From Eubacteriales bacterium (lineage in GTDB: Bacteria; Bacillota; Clostridia; Oscillospirales; QAKW01): a stretch of 64,000 nucleotides of DNA. This document shows positions 43,013-50,085 of this stretch, piece after piece (position 1 is the first letter of the stretch; every line of letters begins with the position of its first letter). The stretch lies in NCBI GenBank assembly GCA_045541555.1, contig JAZQJH010000010.1, positions 9,346 through 73,345 of the forward strand, given 5' to 3'. Both the position numbers and the translations under genes were made by a program. The notes below the pieces were generated by a model that saw only the letters and a program-made list of their open reading frames with translations, did not search any database and was not told the origin of the DNA.

Positions 43013-44167
43013 TCAGCGAATGCAACGTACGCGCAGGACGCCGTCTACTGCCTTAAGAGCTTCAATAACACGATCGCCGATGTCTTCGCTACAGTCGATC
43101 ATGGTGTAGGCGTAATCACCCTTGGACTTATTCAGCAGGTTATCAATGTTGACGCCGACGGCGGAAACAATTGCCGAAAGAGCGGAAAGCATATTGGGAA
43201 TATTGCGATGGCAGATACAGATCCGCAGGGGAGAGTTCAGTGCAGAAGAAATGTTGGGGTAGTTGACGGAATTCACAATGTTACCGTACTCCAGATATTC
43301 CTTCAATTCTTTGACTGCCATGACCGCACAATTATCTTCACTCTCGGGGGTGGAAGCACCCAGATGAGGAATAGGTATGGCATTCTTCATGGTAAGGGTC
43401 TTTTCGTTGGGGAAGTCGGTTACGTACTTTGCAACCTTGCCGCTTTCCAGAGCAACAGCCATATCCTCGTCGTTGACCAGATCGGCACGGGAGAGATTCA
43501 AGATCCGGACGCCGTCCTTCATGGTTGCGATGGTATCTTTATTGATGCTGTGCTTGGTTTCGGCGGTAAGAGGAGCGTGCAGACAGATATAGTCGCAGTT
43601 AGCGTAAACTTCGTTGATATCTGTCGCTTTTTCAACGTGGTGGTTCAGGTTCCATGCAGACTGCAAGGAGATGTAGGGGTCATAACCGAGAACCTTCATG
43701 CCTAGATGCTGTGCAGCGTTTGCAACCTGTACACCGATGGCACCCAGACCGATGACGCCCAATTTTTTTCCCATGATTTCGGGACCGACAAATTGGGACT
43801 TACCTTTTTCAACCTGCTTGGCAACGTCGTCGCCGGTCAGTCCCTTCGCCCATTCGATGCCACCGACGATGTCGCGGGAGGCAAGGAAGAGTGCGCCGAT
43901 TGCTAACTCCTTTACAGCGTTGGCATTAGCGCCGGGGGTGTTGAATACAACGATACCCTTTTCGGCACAAGCATCCAGAGGAATATTATTGACACCGGCA
44001 CCGGCACGGGCAACAGCCAGCAGGGAAGCGGGCAACTCCATGTCGTGAAGAGAGGCGCTGCGAACCAGAATGCCATCGGGGGCATCGCAGGTATCGCAGA
44101 TTTCATATTTTTGATCAAAGCCATCCAGGCCGATCTTGGCAATTTTATTTAAGGTTTGGATTTTCAT
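43013..44167 (-). CDS. serA: D-3-phosphoglycerate dehydrogenase (with a C-terminal ACT-like domain)
   Basis: NAD-binding GVIGLGAIG and a 2-hydroxyacid dehydrogenase pattern. It is coupled to serC. Confidence 0.88.
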   Translation of the reverse strand: MKIQTLNKIAKIGLDGFDQKYEICDTCDAPDGILVRSASLHDMELPASLLAVARAGAGVNNIPLDACAEKGIVVFNTPGANANAVKELAIGALFLASRDIVGGIEWAKGLTGDDVAKQVEKGKSQFVGPEIMGKKLGVIGLGAIGVQVANAAQHLGMKVLGYDPYISLQSAWNLNHHVEKATDINEVYANCDYICLHAPLTAETKHSINKDTIATMKDGVRILNLSRADLVNDEDMAVALESGKVAKYVTDFPNEKTLTMKNAIPIPHLGASTPESEDNCAVMAVKELKEYLEYGNIVNSVNYPNISSALNSPLRICICHRNIPNMLSALSAIVSAVGVNIDNLLNKSKGDYAYTMIDCSEDIGDRVIEALKAVDGVLRVRCIR

Positions 44168-45246
44168 TATTTGTTTTCCTCTTCAAATTTCTTCATAAAG
44201 TTGACCAGCGCCTCAACGCCCTCGTAAGGCATAGCGTTATAGATACTGGCGCGCATACCGCCGACAGAGCGGTGACCCTTGATGTTGACAAAACCGTTTG
44301 CTGTACACTCTGCGACAAATTTCTTATCCAGCTCTTCGCTGCCGGTCACGAAGGGAACGTTCATCAAAGAACGGGACTCGCCCATAACGGTGGGATGGAA
44401 CATCTCGGACTGATCCAGGAAGTCGTAAAGTAATTTTGCTTTCTTCTTGTTCTTTTCTTCCAGCACCTTGATGCCGCCCATATTCTCGATCCACTCCAGC
44501 ACCAGCTTCAGAATATAGATGGCGTAGGTGGGAGGGGTGTTGAACATAGAGCCATTCTCGGAATGAGTGCTATAAGTAAACATGGTGGGGGTGATGGGCT
44601 GAGGCTCAGCGATCAGATCCTCGCGGATGATGACGACTGTCAGACCGGCAGGACCCATGTTTTTTTGCGCACCGGCATAAATAATACCGAACTTGGAAAC
44701 ATCGATCTCCTCACTGAGGATGGAGGAGGACATATCAGCAACCAAAGGTACGTTGCCGGTTTCGGGCAGCTTATAGAATTTGGTGCCGTAGATGGTATTA
44801 TTGTAGCAAATATGGAAGAAATCAGCCTCGGGATCAAAATCCGCACTGTTCAATTCGGGGATATAGGAGAAGGTCTTATCCTCGCTGGAGGCAACTGCGC
44901 GGCAGGTGCCGTAGCGGCTGCCTTCTTTAAAAGCTTTCTTAGCCCACTGACCGGTAATGACGTAGTCGGCCTTGCCGCTCTTGGTCATCAGGTTCAGGGG
45001 GACCATGGCGAATTGGCTGGACGCACCGCCCTGCAGGAAAAGTACCTTATAGTTATCGGGGATGGAAAGTACTTTACGGAGTAAACTTTCCGCTGACTCG
45101 ATAATAGCTCCATATTCTTTTGAGCGGTGGCTCATCTCCATGACGGACTGACCTGAGGTACCGTAACTCGTCATCTCACTGGCAGCCTTTTCCAGAACTT
45201 CCAGAGGGAGCATGGAGGGACCTGCGGAAAAATTGTAAACTCTCAT
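44167..45246 (-). CDS. serC: Phosphoserine aminotransferase
   Basis: The N-terminus MRVYNFSAGPSMLPLEVLEKAA, and YAGAQKNMGPAG containing the PLP lysine. Confidence 0.95.
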   Translation of the reverse strand: MRVYNFSAGPSMLPLEVLEKAASEMTSYGTSGQSVMEMSHRSKEYGAIIESAESLLRKVLSIPDNYKVLFLQGGASSQFAMVPLNLMTKSGKADYVITGQWAKKAFKEGSRYGTCRAVASSEDKTFSYIPELNSADFDPEADFFHICYNNTIYGTKFYKLPETGNVPLVADMSSSILSEEIDVSKFGIIYAGAQKNMGPAGLTVVIIREDLIAEPQPITPTMFTYSTHSENGSMFNTPPTYAIYILKLVLEWIENMGGIKVLEEKNKKKAKLLYDFLDQSEMFHPTVMGESRSLMNVPFVTGSEELDKKFVAECTANGFVNIKGHRSVGGMRASIYNAMPYEGVEALVNFMKKFEEENK

Positions 45247-45284
45247 TAAAATACACCTTTCTTTCTAAAATATAATTTAGGTTC

Positions 45285-45313
45285 ATTATATTATATTTAT
45301 AATTAAAAGTCAA
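45285..45313 (-). promoter_or_regulatory. sigma-A-type promoter of serC-serA
   Basis: On the - strand: TTGACT (45313-45308), a 17-nt spacer, and TATAAT (45290-45285). Confidence 0.5.
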
Positions 45314-45336
45314 CTGATATTTCAAGAACTTCTGTC

Positions 45337-45365
45337 TTGAATAACCGTAGGATCCATGCTATAAT
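45337..45365 (+). promoter_or_regulatory. sigma-A-type promoter of the hydrogenase-sensor cassette
   Basis: TTGAAT at 45337-45342, a 17-nt spacer, and TGcTATAAT with TATAAT at 45360-45365. Confidence 0.55.
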
Positions 45366-45397
45366 TATTATAATGTTAACCTTAAAATTAAAGGAGA

Positions 45398-45760
45398 ATG
45401 AACATGAAACTTTCAAAGGTGCGCGAATTACTGGATGCAGAAGTACTCTGCTGTGAGGAAAATCTGGACGGCGAGGTAGAAAGCGCTTGCGGTTCTGATA
45501 TGATGAGTGATGTCTTGGCGTTTGTCAAGGATCATGCGGTTTTACTGACCGGTCTTGTCAATCCTCAGACGGTTCGGACGGCGCAGATGATGGATATGAA
45601 ATGTATTATCTTTGTGCGCGGCAAGCGACCGGAAGAGTCTGTGATCTCTCTGGCTGAGGATAACGGGATCATGATCATGGCTACCGACTATCGCTTATAC
45701 ACCGCTTGTGGACTTCTTTATTCCAACGGACTGTATAGTGAAGGAGTGGATAAGGTATAA
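45398..45760 (+). CDS. DRTGG domain protein
   Basis: 120 aa, with GSDMMSDVLAFVKDHAVLLTGLVNPQTVRTAQMMDMKCIIFVRGKRP (DRTGG-type fold signature). Confidence 0.7.
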   Translation: MNMKLSKVRELLDAEVLCCEENLDGEVESACGSDMMSDVLAFVKDHAVLLTGLVNPQTVRTAQMMDMKCIIFVRGKRPEESVISLAEDNGIMIMATDYRLYTACGLLYSNGLYSEGVDKV

Positions 45761-46179
45761 TGGAACCGATCGTATTTAAATATAAAGTAGACGGCGAGGA
45801 TTTCAGCAATGCTGGCGAGGCGTCTGCAGCTCTGAAAAAATCTTTGAAGCAGATGGGCTTTTCTCCCGACGTGATCCGCCGCGTCTCCATCGCGATGTAT
45901 GAGGGTGAGATCAATATGGTCATCCATGCAGAGGGCGGCGAGGCGACTGCCGAGATCACCGGCGACGCGATCCGTATTATTCTTGCAGATAAAGGGCCCG
46001 GCATCAAGGATGTGGATCTGGCCATGCGGGAGGGATACTCTACCGCACCGGACGAGGTGCGGAATCTGGGTTTTGGCGCCGGTATGGGATTGCCCAATAT
46101 CAAGAGATATTCTGATGATTTGAAGATTGACACCGTATTGGGTGTCGGGACGACCTTAACGATTACAATCAATATATGA
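45760..46179 (+). CDS. Stand-alone GHKL ATPase, anti-sigma-factor-type Ser/Thr kinase-like
   Basis: 139 aa with an N-box-like YEGEINMVIHA, G1 DKGPGI and G2 GFGAGMGLPN. It has no DHp/His domain. Confidence 0.7.
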   Translation: MEPIVFKYKVDGEDFSNAGEASAALKKSLKQMGFSPDVIRRVSIAMYEGEINMVIHAEGGEATAEITGDAIRIILADKGPGIKDVDLAMREGYSTAPDEVRNLGFGAGMGLPNIKRYSDDLKIDTVLGVGTTLTITINI

Positions 46180-46188
46180 GGTGATAGA

Positions 46189-47445
46189 ATGGATTATTTT
46201 CATTCCGTTACATTAGACCCTGACCGTTGCAGAGGCTGCACTGCTTGCGTCAAGCGTTGCCCTACGGAGGCGATCCGGGTCAAAAACGGCAAAGCGACCA
46301 TTATTAAAGAACGTTGCATTGATTGTGGCGAATGTATTCGCGTATGCCCTCATCATGCGAAAAAAGCGGTCTATGATAAGCTTTCGATGCTGGAACAGTT
46401 CGACTATAACGTGGCAATTCCGGCGCCGTCGTTATATGGGCAATTTAATAATCTTGGTAATGTGGACTACGTATTGAACGGGCTTCTTGATATCGGTTTT
46501 GACGATATCTTTGAAGTGGCCAGCGCGGCGGAATTGGTCTCGGAATGTACCCGGATCAAATTGAGTGAAGGCGGTCAGCCGCTTCCGGTGATTTCGACGG
46601 CTTGCCCTGCGGTGGTACGCCTGATCCGTGTGCGTTTCCCCAAGCTGATTCCGCATTTGCTCTGTGTCAAAGCCCCGGTGGATATAGCGGCGGATATTGC
46701 GCGGCGAAAAGCGGTGGAAAAAACCGGTCTTTCTCCGGATCGGATCGGCGTTTTCTTTATCTCGCCCTGCCCGGCAAAGGTGACGGCAATGCGTCAGCCC
46801 TTGGGAACAGATCGTTCTGACGTAGACGGCGTTTTGGCTATTTCCGATGTGTATAAACCACTTTTGGCGGCAATGAATAAGATCAAGCAACCGCAAGCCC
46901 TCTCGGAATGCGGTTTGACCGGTATTTCCTGGAGTTATACCGGCGGCGAGGCGACCGCCTTGCTACGTAATCGCTATTTGGCGGCGGATGGGATGGAGAA
47001 CGTCATCAAGATTTTGGAAGAGATCGAGGATGAGAAGCTTTCCGACGTAGATTTCGTGGAGCTGGGAGCATGCGTTTCCGGCTGCGTCGGCGGATGCCTG
47101 ACCATTGAAAACCCCTATATCGCCAAGACCCGCGTTCGGCAGCTGCGCAAATATATGCCGGTAGCCGGCAACCATTTGAAGGATTATGATCTGCAACTGG
47201 ACGATTATCTTTGGCATAATCCCATTACTTACGATCCCGTTCTCCAATTAGATCAAGACCTTAAAAAAGCAATGCTGAAAATGCAGGAGATCCAAAGGAT
47301 AGAGGAAGAACTGCCCGGTATTGATTGCTCCGCCTGCGGTTCACCGTCCTGCCATGCTTTTGCGGTGGACGTGGTGCAGGGTACGGCTAAAATGTCGGAC
47401 TGTCTGATCATCTTAAAAAATCGATTAAAGGATATTATGGAATGA
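46189..47445 (+). CDS. Sensory-type [FeFe]-hydrogenase homologue (HydS-like, group D architecture)
   Basis: Two N-terminal ferredoxin CxxCxxCxxxCP motifs. The H-domain motifs are STACPA (L1), SPCPAK (L2) and ELGACVSGCVGG (L3), and the C-terminus carries CSACGSPSCx16C. Confidence 0.75.
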   Translation: MDYFHSVTLDPDRCRGCTACVKRCPTEAIRVKNGKATIIKERCIDCGECIRVCPHHAKKAVYDKLSMLEQFDYNVAIPAPSLYGQFNNLGNVDYVLNGLLDIGFDDIFEVASAAELVSECTRIKLSEGGQPLPVISTACPAVVRLIRVRFPKLIPHLLCVKAPVDIAADIARRKAVEKTGLSPDRIGVFFISPCPAKVTAMRQPLGTDRSDVDGVLAISDVYKPLLAAMNKIKQPQALSECGLTGISWSYTGGEATALLRNRYLAADGMENVIKILEEIEDEKLSDVDFVELGACVSGCVGGCLTIENPYIAKTRVRQLRKYMPVAGNHLKDYDLQLDDYLWHNPITYDPVLQLDQDLKKAMLKMQEIQRIEEELPGIDCSACGSPSCHAFAVDVVQGTAKMSDCLIILKNRLKDIME

Positions 47446-47780
47446 TGAAAGTGCATGAGCTTGCCAAGGCCTGCGGCTTTGGCTATTATTCCGGGAAAGA
47501 CGTTGAGGATCGTGAAGTGGGCGGCGCCTATTGCTGCGACCTGCTTTCCTGGGTCATTGGACGTGCCGGTGAAAATGACGCACTGGTTACGGTAATGTCT
47601 AATCCCAATGTAATGGCGGTGGCGGTGATGGCGGATCTGCCCTGCGTCATTTTAACCGAAGGGGTTCGTCCGGACGATAACGCACTGGATAAAGCGGTTG
47701 CGAACGGTATTATCGTCTTATCTTCGGAGGAAACCACCTATAAAACAGCTCTTAGAATTCATGAGGCATTGAGTAAATAA
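47442..47780 (+). CDS. DRTGG domain protein (second copy)
   Basis: 112 aa, with CCDLLSWVIGRAGENDALVTVMSNPNVMAVAVMADLPCVILTEGVRP. Its start overlaps the upstream stop by 4 bp. Confidence 0.7.
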   Translation: MMKVHELAKACGFGYYSGKDVEDREVGGAYCCDLLSWVIGRAGENDALVTVMSNPNVMAVAVMADLPCVILTEGVRPDDNALDKAVANGIIVLSSEETTYKTALRIHEALSK

Positions 47781-47790
47781 AGGAGACGGC

Positions 47791-48528
47791 ATGATGGAAT
47801 TGCGTTATGATCTGCATATTCACTCGGCACTCTCTCCCTGCGGGGACGAGGATATGACGCCGAATAATATTGTGAATATGGCCAAGATCTGCGGTTTAGA
47901 CGTGATTGCGGTATCAGATCATAACACTGCCGGAAACGTGGCGGCTGTCATGGAAGTGGGGAAGGAGATCGGTGTGACGGTCGTCCCTGCCATGGAGCTG
48001 GAAACGGCAGAAGAAATCCATGTGCTTTGCTTGTTTCCAACGCTTGACGCGGTGCTGGCTTTTGAAAAAGAGCAGGTGGTGCCTGCTTTGCCGCCGATTC
48101 AAAATGACGCCCGGATCTTTGGCGAGCAGTTATTGATGGATGCTGCGGATCAGGTCGTCGGAAAAGAAGATCGCTATCTTATCAATGCGACCGCGATCTC
48201 GTTGGACGGGCTTCCGGATCTGGTGGCGTCCTACGGCGGAATTGCTATCCCGGCGCATATTGATAAGCAGACCAAAAGCTTGGTGGGTAACTTCGGTATG
48301 GTCGGGGACTATATGGGCTTTCACTGCTTTGAACTCTCGCGGAATTTGCCGGAGGATTTCATTATTGCAACCCCCGGTCTTGGTAAGCGTCCTTATCGGT
48401 ATATTCACGATTCAGATGCCCATTATCTGCAGGATATTGGCGAACATTCCGGCGATAATCTTCTGGAATTACCGGAAAATTCTGCGGGAGCACTCATTCG
48501 ATATTTGAGTATCGAGAAATTAGGTTAA
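47791..48528 (+). CDS. PHP-domain metal-dependent phosphoesterase
   Basis: YDLHIHSALSPCGD and AVSDHN motifs. Confidence 0.8.
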   Translation: MMELRYDLHIHSALSPCGDEDMTPNNIVNMAKICGLDVIAVSDHNTAGNVAAVMEVGKEIGVTVVPAMELETAEEIHVLCLFPTLDAVLAFEKEQVVPALPPIQNDARIFGEQLLMDAADQVVGKEDRYLINATAISLDGLPDLVASYGGIAIPAHIDKQTKSLVGNFGMVGDYMGFHCFELSRNLPEDFIIATPGLGKRPYRYIHDSDAHYLQDIGEHSGDNLLELPENSAGALIRYLSIEKLG

Positions 48529-48644
48529 TTCCGCGAAAAAAATAGAAAAAACTGTGGAAATTAAAAAAATAATATGTTAAAATTAATATGTTTGTAAAGT
48601 TGGATATTACTGCTTTGCAGTTTCATTACTAAGGAGGATAAAAA

Positions 48645-49139
48645 ATGAGCAACAAGTGTCCCGTTCCATTCAAGGGAACAAAAGAGCAAGAGCAGCAGTT
48701 GCGTGAAGTGATTGCGAAACACAAGGATCAAGACGGTCCTCTGATGCCGGTTCTCCAGGAAGCCCAGGAGATCTATGGTTATCTGCCCATCGAGGTGCAG
48801 AAGATCATTTCCGAAGGTCTAGACATTCCTTTGGAGCACATCTACGGCGTAGTTACCTTCTATGCGCAGTTCTCGCTGGCTCCTAAGGGTGAGTATAAGA
48901 TCGGTGTCTGTCTTGGTACGGCCTGCTATGTTAAGGGCTCCGGTGACATCCTGAATAAGATCAAAGAAATCATCGGAATCGATGTGGGTGAGTGTACCCC
49001 CGACGGTAAGTTCTCTCTGGAGGCCACCCGTTGCATCGGTGCTTGCGGTCTGGCTCCTGTCATGACCATCAACGAAGACGTTTATGGTCGCTTGGTCGTA
49101 GGTGATATTCCCGACATTCTGAAGAAGTATATGGCCTAA
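48645..49139 (+). CDS. NuoE/HndA-like [2Fe-2S] subunit of the bifurcating hydrogenase
   Basis: Thioredoxin-like 2Fe-2S cysteines (CLGTAC ... CIGACGLAP). Confidence 0.9.
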   Translation: MSNKCPVPFKGTKEQEQQLREVIAKHKDQDGPLMPVLQEAQEIYGYLPIEVQKIISEGLDIPLEHIYGVVTFYAQFSLAPKGEYKIGVCLGTACYVKGSGDILNKIKEIIGIDVGECTPDGKFSLEATRCIGACGLAPVMTINEDVYGRLVVGDIPDILKKYMA

Positions 49140-49143
49140 TTCC

Positions 49144-49695
49144 ATGAAGGAATTATCGCTCAATATACTGGATATTACTTATAACTCCATCAAAGCAAAA
49201 GCAGAATTGATCGAGATCACCGTTTCGGAGTCGATGGCAAAGAATACGGTTGAGATCGAGATTAAGGATAACGGCTGCGGTATGGACGAAGATTTTTTGC
49301 GGAACGTGACGGATCCCTTCGTCACCACCCGGACCACCCGAAAGGTGGGGCTTGGAATTCCGCTCTTTAAGCAAAGTGCCGAGGATGCAGACGGCAGCTT
49401 CTTGATCCGATCAAAGGTCGGGGAGGGGACTGTGATTTCCGCGTCTTATCGGTTGGATCACCTGGATCGCGCCCCTATCGGGGATATGTCCGGGACGATC
49501 GTCAGCCTGATTCAGGCCAATGATCAGATCCATTTTGTTTATCACCATCATACCGATCGCGGGACGTTCGTCCTGGATACCGATGAGCTGCACGCCCAAT
49601 TAGGGGACGTACCGCTTTCGGAACCTGCCGTGCTGAGCTGGATCGGAGAATATATCAACGAGAATTTGGATGATATTCAAGGAGGAAAAATATAA
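49144..49695 (+). CDS. Stand-alone GHKL (histidine-kinase-like) ATPase encoded inside the hydrogenase operon
   Basis: LNILDITYNS (N-box), DNGCGM (G1) and GLGIPL (G2). It has no phosphoacceptor domain. Confidence 0.75.
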   Translation: MKELSLNILDITYNSIKAKAELIEITVSESMAKNTVEIEIKDNGCGMDEDFLRNVTDPFVTTRTTRKVGLGIPLFKQSAEDADGSFLIRSKVGEGTVISASYRLDHLDRAPIGDMSGTIVSLIQANDQIHFVYHHHTDRGTFVLDTDELHAQLGDVPLSEPAVLSWIGEYINENLDDIQGGKI

Positions 49696-50070
49696 ATGAA
49701 ATCTTTAGCTGAATTGCAGGCAATCAAAGAAAAGATGCAGAATAAGGTCAATCTGCGCGCAAGCGAGGATGGCAACACCATTCGTGTCGTTGTCGGTATG
49801 GCTACCTGCGGTATTGCAGCAGGCGCTCGCCCCGTTTTGAATGCCTTTTTGAAGGAGATCGAGGATCGTCGCCTCGGCAACGTGATCTGCACCCAGACCG
49901 GTTGTATCGGCATCTGCCAGTATGAGCCGGTTGTCGAGATCACCACGCCCGACGGTACTAAGACCACCTACGTTAAGATGAACGAAGATAAAGTGGCTAA
50001 GGTAGTAACTGAGCATATTGTGAACAACAAAGTCGTTCAGGAATTCACCATCGGCGCTTTTGAGAAATAA
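49696..50070 (+). CDS. HndB-like thioredoxin-fold [2Fe-2S] ferredoxin subunit
   Basis: 124 aa with the MATCGIAAGA ... TGCIGICQYEP cysteine pattern. Confidence 0.8.
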   Translation: MKSLAELQAIKEKMQNKVNLRASEDGNTIRVVVGMATCGIAAGARPVLNAFLKEIEDRRLGNVICTQTGCIGICQYEPVVEITTPDGTKTTYVKMNEDKVAKVVTEHIVNNKVVQEFTIGAFEK

Positions 50071-50085
50071 GGGGGATTTTAGACA

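Noticed and set aside
48588-48612. A Rex-operator-like sequence (TTTGTAAAGTTGGATATTAC) upstream of the hydrogenase operon.
   Set aside because: Only one half-site resembles the Rex consensus TTGTGAA-n4-TTCACAA, and the second half does not form the required inverted repeat.
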